Of a DNA stretch of 64,000 nucleotides, positions 51,519 through 62,664 are shown in pieces. Source of the DNA: Obrimoposthia wandeli (taxonomy: Eukaryota); assembly GCA_977020255.1 (NCBI GenBank), contig CDROCS010004206.1, forward strand, positions 1-64,000. Reading direction: 5' to 3'. The notes beneath the pieces are model-generated. The model ran no database searches. It was not told where the DNA came from and saw nothing but the letters and a program-made list of their open reading frames with translations. How positions within the stretch are numbered: the first letter of the stretch is position 1; every line of letters starts with the position of its first letter. The position numbers were made by a program, and so were the translations under genes.

Positions 51519-51602
51519 TACAGTCGTTAGCGCAAAAGAATTAAAAACCCTTGATAATATTAGATTAATTTTAATCAAACTTAATTAGTTTTAGGAACCA
51601 TT

Positions 51603-51926
51603 ATGACGGCAAGTTTCACTCGTATCAGCGCTAATGACGCAAAAGATTTAATAGAACAAGGCACTAGCCAGATTATTGATATTCGTGATGCAATGAGCTT
51701 TCAAGCCAGTCACATGAAAGATGCGATACGCATCGATAATGAAGGTGTTCCTCACTTTATGGCTCAAGCTGATCAACAGGCGCCGTTAATTATTTGCTGC
51801 TATCACGGTAATTCAAGCCAAAGCGCCGCGCATTATTTTAGCGAGCAAGGCTTTAAAGAGGTTTACAGCCTTGATGGTGGTTTTGAACAGTGGAAAGTTT
51901 TACATCCTGATTTATGTGAAGCTTAA
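51603..51926 (+). CDS. glpE: Thiosulfate sulfurtransferase
   Basis: IIDIRD..SF, CYHGNSSQSAA, YSLDGGF; follows apaH. Confidence 0.93.
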   Translation: MTASFTRISANDAKDLIEQGTSQIIDIRDAMSFQASHMKDAIRIDNEGVPHFMAQADQQAPLIICCYHGNSSQSAAHYFSEQGFKEVYSLDGGFEQWKVLHPDLCEA

Positions 51927-52399
51927 CCTGCCATGAACTAATGGGTGAAGATTGATCGGCATCTCGTCCATTAGTCACTTCACCCTTTGGTCATCACCCT
52001 CAGTATCTCTCTCATCCTATCTAGCATTTGTTCACCTACCTTCAATTTTCTTATATTGTCAGATTTTCATTTATAATTTTTCTTTATTCAGTTTTCGCAT
52101 AATAAAATATTATAAGAATTCTAGGCATACTCTATGCGTGTCTTTAAACATTCCTAGAGTTATTCATTTTATTGACGTTTGTTAACGCATTAATAATTTA
52201 TAACTCCCATTTTATTATAAATTTTCTGCTGACTTTTTACTAAACTTACAAACTAAGGATGATAAAAATTGTCAAAATATAATATATTGAAACAAGGCTT
52301 ATCAACCTTCCACCCATCATTCACCGTTTAACAATCATTTTACGAGTAGAAATATGCAGTAGCCATTAAAAATATCAAGCATCAGTCAGGGGTATTATT

Positions 52400-54322
52400 A
52401 TGAGTATTTTCAACCACTTCCAGTCGCGCTACCACTCGACCCAAGAGGAGGTTATTTCATTACAGGATTACCTCGATCTGTGTAAACAAGATCCTAGTGT
52501 TTACGCCTCATCTGCCGAGCGTATGCTAATGGCGATTGGTGAGCCCGAATTAATTGATACCGCACAAGATACCCGTTTAAGCCGAATATTTTCCAATAAG
52601 GTCATAAGACTCTACCCCGCGTTCTCTGAATTTTACGGTATGGAAGAAGCGGTTGAGCAAATTGTTTCTTTCTTCCGTCACGCAGCTCAAGGCTTAGAAG
52701 AAAAGAAACAAATTCTCTATTTATTAGGCCCTGTTGGCGGTGGTAAGTCCTCACTAGCAGAGCGTTTAAAAGAACTGATTCAGCACATCCCTTTTTATGC
52801 GATAGAAGGCTCCCCTGTATTTGAATCCCCTCTCAGTTTATTCGACGTTAAAGAAGACGGGAAAATTCTCGAAGAAGATTTTGGCATTCCTGCACGCTCT
52901 CTACATAAAATCATGTCTCCTTGGGCGGTTAAACGTCTGCACGAATACGGTGGTGACATTAGCCAATTTAAAGTCGTTAAACTATATCCATCTATTCTTG
53001 ATCAAATCGGCGTCGCGAAAACTGAACCCGGTGATGAGAACAACCAAGATATTTCCTCTCTCGTTGGTAAGGTCGATATTCGTAAGCTGGAAGACTTCTC
53101 TCAAGATGATCCTGATGCTTATAGCTATTCAGGCGCGTTATGCAGAGCGAACCAAGGTTTAATGGAATTTGTCGAGATGTTTAAAGCGCCCATTAAGGTG
53201 CTACACCCATTATTAACAGCAACTCAAGAAGGTAACTATAACGGTACAGAAGGTACTGGATCACTGCCTTTTGAAGGCACAATTTTAGCGCACTCAAACG
53301 AATCAGAGTGGACTGCGTTCAGAAATAACAAAAATAATGAGGCATTTTTAGATCGGGTTTATATTGTTAAAGTCCCTTATTGCTTGAGAGCCAGTGAAGA
53401 GGTGAAGATTTATCAAAAGCTATTGGATAATAGCGCCTTATCCGAAGCGCACTGTGCGCCCGATACGCTTAACATGCTGGCAAAATTTATCGTACTGTCC
53501 CGCCTTAAGGACTCCGACAATTCCAGCATCTATTCAAAAATGCGTGTTTATGATGGTGAGAATCTAAAAGACATTGATCCTAAAGCTAAATCTTTGCAAG
53601 AATATAAAGACGCTTCTGGCGTTGATGAAGGCATGAATGGGTTATCGACCCGCTTTGCATTCAAAATTTTGTCGCGCGTATTTAACTTTGACAATACTGA
53701 AATTGCCGCCAACCCGATCCACTTGCTTTATATTCTTGAGCAAGCAATCGAACAAGAGCAGTTCCCCGCTGAAACTCACGATCGCTTATTAAACTTTATT
53801 AAAGAATACATTGCCGCAGAATACGTCGATTTTATTGGCAAAGAAATTCAAACGGCCTATTTAGAATCTTATTCAGAGTACGGGCAGAATGTATTCGATC
53901 GCTATGTAACGTATGCTGATTTTTGGATACAAGATCAAGAGTATCGTGATCCAGAAACAGGACAGATCCTCGATCGCAGTGCGATTAATGAAGAGCTGGA
54001 GAAAATAGAGAAACCTGCTGGCATTAGTAACCCGAAAGATTTCCGTAATGAAAGTGTGAATTTTATTTTACGGGCTCGCGCAAACAATAACGGAAAAAAT
54101 CCTTCATGGCAGAGTTACGAGAAAATGCGTTCGGTTATCGAGAAAAAAATGTTTTCAAATACGGAAGACCTACTACCGGTTATTTCATTCAGTGCCAAGT
54201 CCTCTTCGGAAGATCAGACTAAACATGATGACTTCGTTAATCGCATGATTAACCGAGGTTACACCGAGAAGCAGGTACGCTTATTAGCGGACTGGTACTT
54301 ACGCGTCCGTAAATCTCAATAA
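52400..54322 (+). CDS. prkA: PrkA/YeaG serine protein kinase
   Basis: EEKKQILYLLGPVGGGKSS, EPGDENNQDIS, MFKAP, HSNESEW. Confidence 0.96.
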   Translation: MSIFNHFQSRYHSTQEEVISLQDYLDLCKQDPSVYASSAERMLMAIGEPELIDTAQDTRLSRIFSNKVIRLYPAFSEFYGMEEAVEQIVSFFRHAAQGLEEKKQILYLLGPVGGGKSSLAERLKELIQHIPFYAIEGSPVFESPLSLFDVKEDGKILEEDFGIPARSLHKIMSPWAVKRLHEYGGDISQFKVVKLYPSILDQIGVAKTEPGDENNQDISSLVGKVDIRKLEDFSQDDPDAYSYSGALCRANQGLMEFVEMFKAPIKVLHPLLTATQEGNYNGTEGTGSLPFEGTILAHSNESEWTAFRNNKNNEAFLDRVYIVKVPYCLRASEEVKIYQKLLDNSALSEAHCAPDTLNMLAKFIVLSRLKDSDNSSIYSKMRVYDGENLKDIDPKAKSLQEYKDASGVDEGMNGLSTRFAFKILSRVFNFDNTEIAANPIHLLYILEQAIEQEQFPAETHDRLLNFIKEYIAAEYVDFIGKEIQTAYLESYSEYGQNVFDRYVTYADFWIQDQEYRDPETGQILDRSAINEELEKIEKPAGISNPKDFRNESVNFILRARANNNGKNPSWQSYEKMRSVIEKKMFSNTEDLLPVISFSAKSSSEDQTKHDDFVNRMINRGYTEKQVRLLADWYLRVRKSQ

Positions 54323-54349
54323 AGTAGTGCTTTTATTAAGGAGCAGCCT

Positions 54350-55648
54350 ATGTCGTACTTTATTGATCGCCGATTAAACGGTAAAAATAAAAGTTTAGTG
54401 AACCGCCAGCGTTTTATGCAGCGTTATAAAAAGCATATTAAGCAAGCCGTTGCCGAAGCCATTAATAAACGCTCCATCACCGATATGGATCGTGGTGAGA
54501 ACATTAGTATTCCTAGCCAAGATACCCATGAACCTATCATTAGCCATGGCCAAGGTGGTCAGCAACATAGAGTTTATCCGGGGAATAAGCAGTTTGATGC
54601 GGGTGACCAAATTGATAAACCCAAAGGCGGTGGTGCCGGTTCAGGTAGTGGTAAAGCGGGTAACTCTGGCGAGGGCGAAGATGAATTCAGCTTTTACATC
54701 AGCAAAGAAGAGTTCTTAAACTATATATTTGAAGACCTAGCTCTGCCTAATATGGTTAAAAAATCGCTATCGACTCAAGATGAGTTTGAAATTAAGCATG
54801 CAGGATTTGTTACCGAAGGCACCGCAAATAATTTGTCTATTGTTCGCTCAATGCGTAATGCTCACGCACGGCGTATTGCTCTGACTGCAGGTAAAAAACG
54901 AAAACTAAAATTACTCTTATTAGAACAGAGCGAGCTAGAATCAAACCCAGACGGTTTTAACAATCAGACGCGGCTATTAGCGATTACTGAAGAGATATCA
55001 ATACTAAGGTCTCGCATTAAGAAAGTGCCTTACTTAGATACCTTTGATTTACGTTATCGCAGCCAGGTGAAATACCCAGTTCCAACCAGTAAAGCCGTTA
55101 TGTTCTGTTTAATGGATGTATCAGGTTCAATGACCCAAGATATCAAAGAAATTGCTAAGCGATTTTATATCTTACTGTATTTATTTCTACAAAAAAATTA
55201 CGACAAAATTGAACTGGTATTTATTCGCCACCATACCAGTGCTAAAGAAGTTACCGAAGAGGAGTTCTTTTATTCCCGTGAAACTGGCGGCACTATTGTC
55301 TCTAGCGCTCTTAAATTAATGCATGAAATCGTGCAGGATCGATATTCCGCGAGCGAATGGAATATTTACGCGGCACAAGCCTCTGATGGCGACAACTGGG
55401 ATGATGATAGCCCTCAATGTGCTTCGCTATTAAGCAAAACAATTCTGCCAGAAGTGCAGTATTTTTCTTATATTGAAATAACACCACAAGACCATCAAGC
55501 CTTATGGCATGCCTACAAAGCACTTGGAGCTGAATGGCCTAACGAGTTTGCAATGGCTCAAATAAAAGAACCTGGAGATATTTATACCGTATTTCGTGAG
55601 TTGTTTGCTAAGCAGCCAAAGGGTAGCCTTAAAGGAGAGCGGGCATGA
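54350..55648 (+). CDS. yeaH: YeaH/YhbH (DUF444) vWA protein
   Basis: [36 protein letters not shown]. Confidence 0.93.
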   Translation: MSYFIDRRLNGKNKSLVNRQRFMQRYKKHIKQAVAEAINKRSITDMDRGENISIPSQDTHEPIISHGQGGQQHRVYPGNKQFDAGDQIDKPKGGGAGSGSGKAGNSGEGEDEFSFYISKEEFLNYIFEDLALPNMVKKSLSTQDEFEIKHAGFVTEGTANNLSIVRSMRNAHARRIALTAGKKRKLKLLLLEQSELESNPDGFNNQTRLLAITEEISILRSRIKKVPYLDTFDLRYRSQVKYPVPTSKAVMFCLMDVSGSMTQDIKEIAKRFYILLYLFLQKNYDKIELVFIRHHTSAKEVTEEEFFYSRETGGTIVSSALKLMHEIVQDRYSASEWNIYAAQASDGDNWDDDSPQCASLLSKTILPEVQYFSYIEITPQDHQALWHAYKALGAEWPNEFAMAQIKEPGDIYTVFRELFAKQPKGSLKGERA

Positions 55649-57150
55649 GCTATATATCAACCGACTCAGAGTGGACCTTTGAATTATTAGAAGCCTACGA
55701 TAAAGAAATCAGACGTATTGCCGAAAGTTTCAAGCTGGATACCTATCCGAATCAAATTGAAGTTATCAGCGCTGAACAAATGATGGATGCCTATGCATCC
55801 GTCGGTATGCCTCTAGGTTATCACCACTGGTCTTACGGAAAGCACTTTCTAACGACGCAAAAAAACTACCAACGTGGTGCGATGGGTTTAGCCTATGAAA
55901 TAGTGATTAATTCCAGCCCTTGTATTGCTTACTTAATGGAAGAAAATACTCTACCAATGCAAGCGTTAGTCATTGCCCATGCTTGCTATGGCCATAATTC
56001 TTTTTTTAAAGGTAACTATTTATTTAAAACTTGGACCGATGCAAGTGCGATTGTTGATTATCTGGTTTTTTCTCGAGCTTATATAAAGAAATGTGAAGAG
56101 CGCTACGGCATCGAAGATGTTGAAAAAGTACTCGACGCCTGTCATGCATTAATGAACTATGGCGTTGACCGCTATAAACGCCCTAAGCCCATCTCCGCAG
56201 AAGAAGAAGCTCATCGCCAAGAAGAACGTGAGAAAATACTACAGCAGCAAGTTAATGATTTATGGCGCACCATTCCAAAAGGTCATGAGGAAGAAGCGGA
56301 GAAAATGCAGCGTAATTTCCCTTCTGAACCTCAAGAGAATATTTTGTATTTTATTGAAAAAAATGCTCCCTTACTAAAACCCTGGCAAAGAGAATTAATA
56401 CGTATTGTCCGCAAGATGGCCCAATACTTTTATCCACAGCGCCAAACCCAAGTCATCAATGAAGGCTGGGCCACTTTTTGGCACTATACATTACTGCATA
56501 CACTTTATGATGAAGGCTTAGTGAACGAAGGTTTCATGCTAGAGTTTTTAACTTCCCATACCAATGTCGTTGCCCAACCCGCATTCGACTCACCAAATTA
56601 CAACGGTATTAATCCCTACGCACTGGGCTTTAATATGTTTCAAGATATAAAACGTATTTGCCAAGTCCCAAGCCAAGAAGATAAAGAGTGGTTCCCTGAG
56701 ATTGCAGGATCTGATTGGTTAGAAACCCTACATTTCGCTATGAAAAACTTTAAGGATGAAAGTTTCATTCAGCAGTATTTATCTCCAAAATTAATTCGTG
56801 ATTTTAAACTGTTCAGTTTATATGACGATGAACACTCACCGAAGTACCTAGTCGATGCGATTCATAATGAAAAAGGTTACCGCATGATTAGAGAAAAATT
56901 ATCTCAGCAATACGATTTATCTTATCGTGAACCCAACATACAAGTTTGGTCAGTTGATTTAAGAGGCGACCGATCACTTACGTTACGCCATACAATGCAA
57001 AGTAATATTCCATTATCAGACGACAGTACTGAGGTAATAAAACATTTACATTCACTTTGGGGATTTGATATTCACTTAGAGACTTATAGCAACGGTGAAA
57101 AAGTAAAAGACCAGTCTTGTCCTAGTAAAAGTACTGAAGATAAAGACTAG
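55645..57150 (+). CDS. spoVR: SpoVR family protein (YcgB)
   Basis: [38 protein letters not shown]. Confidence 0.95.
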   Translation: MSYISTDSEWTFELLEAYDKEIRRIAESFKLDTYPNQIEVISAEQMMDAYASVGMPLGYHHWSYGKHFLTTQKNYQRGAMGLAYEIVINSSPCIAYLMEENTLPMQALVIAHACYGHNSFFKGNYLFKTWTDASAIVDYLVFSRAYIKKCEERYGIEDVEKVLDACHALMNYGVDRYKRPKPISAEEEAHRQEEREKILQQQVNDLWRTIPKGHEEEAEKMQRNFPSEPQENILYFIEKNAPLLKPWQRELIRIVRKMAQYFYPQRQTQVINEGWATFWHYTLLHTLYDEGLVNEGFMLEFLTSHTNVVAQPAFDSPNYNGINPYALGFNMFQDIKRICQVPSQEDKEWFPEIAGSDWLETLHFAMKNFKDESFIQQYLSPKLIRDFKLFSLYDDEHSPKYLVDAIHNEKGYRMIREKLSQQYDLSYREPNIQVWSVDLRGDRSLTLRHTMQSNIPLSDDSTEVIKHLHSLWGFDIHLETYSNGEKVKDQSCPSKSTEDKD

Positions 57151-57153
57151 GCG

Positions 57154-58386
57154 CTACCAGGCAATCACAATGTCGTCTCGCTGTATTGATAACTGCTGAG
57201 CTGACATTGTAAGATCAGCCACAATAAACTGTGGCTGAACTTGCTTAACCGTCGCTTGCATATCGGTATTGGTTAATTCTATACGAGGCTCTAAATCTAA
57301 ATTATAAAAAGTACCACTGCGATAAATACTAAACTTATCCCCAGGACGAATACCTGCGCCAGCCAATGCCTCTATATGTAAACGCTTACCCTCTGTTTTT
57401 ATTATTTTAGCCATAAAGGGCTGGCAACGTAGAGACATGGAAACATCATCAATAGCTCCCGCTAATAAATTCTTCACCGAGTGCCCATACTTACTTTGCC
57501 AAAAAGCAGGACTCGCAAAGCGAACATTGGCCATACGATCTAGATTCCACTGACCCTGTGTCGCATAGCTATTACTGAAAATTAACGCACCACTGAAACC
57601 ATCATGAACAAAAACATCGATCGCAAACTGACGTTCAGCAGGCTCATCATTTAAACCCACAAGCGACAACCAAGTCTCATCATTCTGAGCCTTATCAGCG
57701 ACTGTGGATAACGTATCTAAACCACGAACGATACCTGAGACAATATATTGCGCGCCTAGGTTTTGCGCCAGTGTCATAGAGGTGGTTAGATGACGCTGCT
57801 GGTTTTGCGTTGAGGGTGCATACGCCGGATTTTCATACAATCCAATATGGCTCGCATCTAATGCATGTATCTGGCCGCTGTCATTAAGCGTATTGATAAA
57901 TACTCGTGCCAAGTCCTGCTCAATATTCTGTAGCTGTCCTAGGGAGGTTTGCTTCGGAGATACAAGCCCGAAGCCAGTGATCGCAACCGCTTTTCTTAAA
58001 TTATTACCTTGGCTTTGACACATTTGAACTGGCTTAACATCCGCTCGAATAGCAACACTATAAATGCCATTTTTCGAATCTTCCCAAAGCACCTCAACGT
58101 CTTTCACCTTGCCTTGGCTCTTTAATTTAATCTCATCTTTCTGCATCACACCCTTACTCATCAGCTGAGTACTAACAACGTGCGCTTCTGCACGTAAGCT
58201 TGCCTGTCGCATTGCATCTTCCAATGCTTGCTGGCGTGCATGACTTACACTTCCTGTAATCGGCGCTTGCCCTTCTACTTCTACAACATAGGCATGGACA
58301 TTTGAGAATGAAAGCCAACTAACAATTAGTATTAATAAAAATCTCATCACAAATGCCTCATCTATATTTATCCAATAGGTAACCAA
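57154..58386 (-). CDS. flgT: Flagellar H-ring assembly protein FlgT
   Basis: ARQQALEDAMRQA, CQ..GNNLRKAVAITGF, CQPFMAKII, GIRPGD. Confidence 0.88.
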   Translation of the reverse strand: MVTYWINIDEAFVMRFLLILIVSWLSFSNVHAYVVEVEGQAPITGSVSHARQQALEDAMRQASLRAEAHVVSTQLMSKGVMQKDEIKLKSQGKVKDVEVLWEDSKNGIYSVAIRADVKPVQMCQSQGNNLRKAVAITGFGLVSPKQTSLGQLQNIEQDLARVFINTLNDSGQIHALDASHIGLYENPAYAPSTQNQQRHLTTSMTLAQNLGAQYIVSGIVRGLDTLSTVADKAQNDETWLSLVGLNDEPAERQFAIDVFVHDGFSGALIFSNSYATQGQWNLDRMANVRFASPAFWQSKYGHSVKNLLAGAIDDVSMSLRCQPFMAKIIKTEGKRLHIEALAGAGIRPGDKFSIYRSGTFYNLDLEPRIELTNTDMQATVKQVQPQFIVADLTMSAQQLSIQRDDIVIAW

Positions 58387-58399
58387 TTAAAGGTAACAA

Positions 58400-59008
58400 C
58401 TAATCAATAAAGTAATAACCGGTCTCAGGAATCGTCGCTTCTTTTTGAATGCGCTTACGCTGGCTTTGAGCAAAGTTAGTTGAGTCATTACCTAAAGGCG
58501 CACGGCAATCAATATTATATCGCTGACTATCCATGGTCGATAAGCAATTACGGAACCCTTGGTCAATCACCATTTCCAGAAGTGTTTCCACCGTTCCATC
58601 AGACATAATGTCACTAGAAATCACTCGAGCTCCGTGAATGTAAGTATCTACATAAGTACGGAAACGATCATTCTGAACCGCTAAATCTCTGACAGTAGTA
58701 CTACCTTGTAGAGCCGTTCCATAAACACGCTCTACCATCGATCGATAAGCATCAAGTTTTGAAGCACGAATAGCCATCAATTTACTCTGTGCTGGCGTTA
58801 ATGATTTGTTCGTAATCGTGGCTCCATAGCCCACAACCCGAAGCACCATGGGCGCAATAGGATCGACCTCTTGCTCAACGGGTTGAAAGAAAGCTTCAGG
58901 CTCGGATGAAATCGAATCTTCATCCACGAACATACTAGAACATGCCGTTAATAAAATACTGCTGAACACAATGGCAAGCTGGCTCAATGTTAGTTTTGTC
59001 ATATTCAC
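58400..59008 (-). CDS. flgP: Flagellar lipoprotein FlgP (LPP20 family)
   Basis: Lipobox LTAC, VVGYG, AIRASKLDAYRSMVERVYG, IHGARV; adjacent to flgT. Confidence 0.85.
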   Translation of the reverse strand: MNMTKLTLSQLAIVFSSILLTACSSMFVDEDSISSEPEAFFQPVEQEVDPIAPMVLRVVGYGATITNKSLTPAQSKLMAIRASKLDAYRSMVERVYGTALQGSTTVRDLAVQNDRFRTYVDTYIHGARVISSDIMSDGTVETLLEMVIDQGFRNCLSTMDSQRYNIDCRAPLGNDSTNFAQSQRKRIQKEATIPETGYYFID

Positions 59009-59050
59009 TCCAATTGCTCTCTTTGCTGATACTTCTGTGGCTTGGAATGT

Positions 59051-59077
59051 TTATCGGCCTTAACTTCAATATATTTA
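59051..59077 (-). promoter_or_regulatory. Sigma28 (FliA) promoter for flgP-flgT
   Basis: Minus strand reads TAAA-tatattgaagttaag(15 nt)-GCCGATAA, a perfect consensus, ~45 bp before flgP. Confidence 0.88.
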
Positions 59078-59452
59078 ACTTTTTTTATTCTTGATAGCTT
59101 TCAACCCTAACCTCTGGCTGCATAGAAACACTCTCATCAATGAATCGAACATTTAATGAGCATCTAATTTATTTATAGTTTTAGTCGATATAATGAATAG
59201 AACTTAAACACTCATTATTGATTGGTTTTTCTTCTATCAAACCCAACAATAGAGCGCTATACCCGCCTTAGGAAGTCTAGTAGCAATGATTAATTACATA
59301 AATTAGCAAAAGTCGTCATAGTATTAGTAAAACAGGCATGCAAGAGGCAAATTTATTCACTATGCTAAAGGTATAAACTTGCTATTAAACATTTTGTTTA
59401 CGCTATAAATGCCGTAATTAATAGACTTGGCATCCCTTAAGGACTCGAGGTT

Positions 59453-61123
59453 ATGATCAAACGCGCACTGCTCGCTACCAGTATCGCCATTGCATTTATG
59501 CAACAAGCCGCTGCGACGCCATTGTTACCGATTGATGCACGTGGTCTTGCCATGGGTAGCACGGGAGTTGCGAGCGCTAAATTAGCGCATGCACCACAAT
59601 ATAACCCTGCACTATTATCAACCGCTAATGAAGAAGATGATTTTGCCATTATCTTGCCTCAAATTGGCTTTATTGTTGCCGATGAAGATTCCTTAGTTGA
59701 TTCTTTTGATGATATCGTTAACGAAGATTATGCCGATGACGGAACTGGGAACCAAGAGCCTATCATTGACCACTTTGATACGATTTTAACGAATCTTGAT
59801 AACATCTTAACCAATGGCCCAAACTCGGTTGAACAACAAATATCCAACCTTGATAATCTATTGCCTACTGGAAATATTGATCCATTAGTATTTGATACAG
59901 CGGCTCTGCGTACGACCGCTGCTAGCTTAGATACCTCCATTGGTAATGTTCAATTTCAAACAGCCGATCTAACTCAAACTACGTTTGATTTAACCTCCGA
60001 ACTGGACACCCTTTCTGGCAGTCCTCTCAGAGGGTCTTTAGGTATAAATGGCGCCATTGCTATTCCAAGTAAAATGTTTGCCGCTGCGGTATCTGTTTCA
60101 GGCTCTGCTTATTTTTCTGGCCGACTATTTTTTACCGCTGATGACCAAGCACTGTTAAATGATTACGCAGGAGCCATAGATGAATATGCTGGGGAAGTTA
60201 AGGATTATACCGCAGCAACAACAGTATTAGCCGGCACCCTCGATAATGCCAAAGCCGTCTGTACCGCAACACCAAACTCTCTTCAATGTTTAGCTTTAGG
60301 CGCGCAAGTAGAAGCACAACTATCGACGACTAATAACGAGCTAGAAGATCTAAATAACTTTACGAAATCGAGCGGCGATACCGTTATTATTGGCACGGAT
60401 ATCAATGGCAACCTCGTTATTACTGAAGATCCTGATCTCACCTCTAATGTACAAATAATTGCCGTAGCCATTACTGAAATCGGCCTTACGCTATCCAGTA
60501 ATTTTTCTATTGCAGGCGAAGATATTGCAATAGGCATCACGCCTAAATTACAAACAATTAAAACCTTTAACTACGTAGCAAATGTAGAAAGCGAAGAGAT
60601 TGACGAGGAAGAGGTAAAGGAAACAGAACAAGACTTCTCTGATTTCAATATTGATATCGGCATGGCTTATCAATTTGGCCAAGACAAGCAATGGCAAATG
60701 GGCCTTGTCGCTAAAAATCTATTGAGCAAAGAGTATGAGACTTTCAGTAACGATACTGGGACTGCCGCGACTCCGCAAATAACCACGACCACAGTAAGCC
60801 TAGATACTCAAATACGGGCAGGTATTTCCCATACAACAAATTGGACAGTCATTGCCATTGATCTTGATTTAATGGAAAACGACCCGGTTGCATTTGAAGC
60901 AGCAACCCAATACGCCTCCATCGGCGCCGAATTTGATCTATTTGATACCATACAACTTCGTGCAGGTTATCGTACTAATCTAAGTGTTTCCGATGCTTCT
61001 GTTGCTTCCATCGGGGCGGGCTTCTCTCCTTTTGGCTTACACCTGGATGTTGCGGTTATGGCTAATCCTAACTCGCCCAAAAAAGAAACTGGTGCTGCAC
61101 TAGAGCTAGGCCTCTACTTTTAA
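59453..61123 (+). CDS. TraF_2-like / FadL-like outer-membrane barrel protein with large helical insertions
   Basis: Signal peptide, DARGLAMGSTGVA..YNPALL, FNIDIG, QIRAG, LRAGYR, C-terminal GLYF. Confidence 0.8.
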   Translation: MIKRALLATSIAIAFMQQAAATPLLPIDARGLAMGSTGVASAKLAHAPQYNPALLSTANEEDDFAIILPQIGFIVADEDSLVDSFDDIVNEDYADDGTGNQEPIIDHFDTILTNLDNILTNGPNSVEQQISNLDNLLPTGNIDPLVFDTAALRTTAASLDTSIGNVQFQTADLTQTTFDLTSELDTLSGSPLRGSLGINGAIAIPSKMFAAAVSVSGSAYFSGRLFFTADDQALLNDYAGAIDEYAGEVKDYTAATTVLAGTLDNAKAVCTATPNSLQCLALGAQVEAQLSTTNNELEDLNNFTKSSGDTVIIGTDINGNLVITEDPDLTSNVQIIAVAITEIGLTLSSNFSIAGEDIAIGITPKLQTIKTFNYVANVESEEIDEEEVKETEQDFSDFNIDIGMAYQFGQDKQWQMGLVAKNLLSKEYETFSNDTGTAATPQITTTTVSLDTQIRAGISHTTNWTVIAIDLDLMENDPVAFEAATQYASIGAEFDLFDTIQLRAGYRTNLSVSDASVASIGAGFSPFGLHLDVAVMANPNSPKKETGAALELGLYF

Positions 61124-61294
61124 TGACACAATCTTATGGTAATTTCAGCCGATTGAGAAAATTAACATAAGATGATAAATGACCTATACTTACCATTCTT
61201 TACTTTAATAGGTAATGATATTTAAATTACACATAAATACAATTACCTATTAAAGTAATATTTATACAACTGTCGCAAGGATTCAACGACTCTT

Positions 61295-62617
61295 ATGAAA
61301 AAAATAATCCCCCTATTGGGCTGTTTACTACCCGCGTTATCACAAGCAGCGCCTGTAATGACACAACCGGGTTCTTTATTAACGATGGGAACCGGTGCTA
61401 CACCTCAGTCGGGATTATCCGTGCTCTATAACCCGGCTGCTGGCGAAGTTGTTGTTGAAGAAGGTGAGAGTTTTCGCTGGGGTTATTTAGCCTCTATTGG
61501 CATGGCAGTTGAACTAGGTAATGCAAGTGATTTTACTGACGATGTTAATGACCTTATCGATACATTAGATTCAGAGAATGTAACCGCTGAAGAAGGTGAC
61601 AAAGCCATCAATAATTACAATGACAATCTTCGTCAAAAACTAGGCCAAGAAGGCTACTTTAAACTAGGCGTTCATGTCGTTGCTCCTTTAGCGCCATTCT
61701 CTATCCGATCTGAGTTATTAGGCGGTGTATTGTCAGTCGATGCCATGGCTGGATTAACGCTTAAAGCCTCCATTTTAGATGATGATATTAAAGTTAATAC
61801 CGTCACACAGAAATTTGAGACCAATACCGCGATTTACTTAAAAAGTGTTGAATATACTTCCATTGGCCTAGGCTTTAGCCGTGCTATCGATCATGCGCTC
61901 GTCACTCAATTTACCGATCAACTAGGCGGTCGTTTCTTAATCGGTGCTCGAGGTAATTTACACAGCCTTAATCTATCTAAGCAAGTTGTAGGATTATTGA
62001 ATATTGATGAAGACGATGAGCTAGGCGATGTTATTAAAGACGACCTTAGTGCAAATAAGAAATCTTCTTCCGCCATTGGCATGGATCTAGGTCTAATTTG
62101 GCAAGCGCCTAATTATCACCTTGGTTTCACATGGCGTAACCTTAATGAGCCAGAATTTGAATACGGTAGTTTAGGCAGCGCCTGTACAAGCAAAGAAACT
62201 TCAACGTCTATGAGTAATTGCTTCACCGCCTTATATTTCTCGGGTGAAGGCCGCATTATCCTTAATGAAACTTACGTAATGACTGCTCAAACCAGTGTTG
62301 ATGCAGCATTAAATACCGAGAATAAGCGCTGGCGCATAGCGGCCTCTTACGACATGCAACCCTTACGCGACCCTATTGGCGATGAATACCAGTGGGCTTC
62401 TGTTTCAGCCGCATATGTAAGCTCATCCTGGATTGGCGCACGCGTAGGCTTAAGCAAAAACCAAGCAGGCAGTGAATTAACGATGGCAAATGCGGGCTTG
62501 TCGCTATTTGGTGGTATGAATTTAGATGTACGCTATAGCTTAGATACGATTGATGCAGACGGTAGCTCGATACCTCGCGCATTCGGTATTAACTTAGGAT
62601 TTGAAAACAGCTTTTAA
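61295..62617 (+). CDS. Second TraF_2-like outer-membrane barrel protein
   Basis: Signal peptide, LTMG..LYNPAA, GMDLGL, NLNEP, ARVG, C-terminal FENSF. Confidence 0.75.
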   Translation: MKKIIPLLGCLLPALSQAAPVMTQPGSLLTMGTGATPQSGLSVLYNPAAGEVVVEEGESFRWGYLASIGMAVELGNASDFTDDVNDLIDTLDSENVTAEEGDKAINNYNDNLRQKLGQEGYFKLGVHVVAPLAPFSIRSELLGGVLSVDAMAGLTLKASILDDDIKVNTVTQKFETNTAIYLKSVEYTSIGLGFSRAIDHALVTQFTDQLGGRFLIGARGNLHSLNLSKQVVGLLNIDEDDELGDVIKDDLSANKKSSSAIGMDLGLIWQAPNYHLGFTWRNLNEPEFEYGSLGSACTSKETSTSMSNCFTALYFSGEGRIILNETYVMTAQTSVDAALNTENKRWRIAASYDMQPLRDPIGDEYQWASVSAAYVSSSWIGARVGLSKNQAGSELTMANAGLSLFGGMNLDVRYSLDTIDADGSSIPRAFGINLGFENSF

Positions 62618-62664
62618 TTTTTAATTAACTGCTTGTCATAAATTGATTAATTAGGAAGATAACA

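Noticed and set aside
59453-62617. Conjugative element implied by TraF-like genes
   Set aside because: No relaxase, coupling protein, T4SS ATPase, pilin, integrase or att site in the window.
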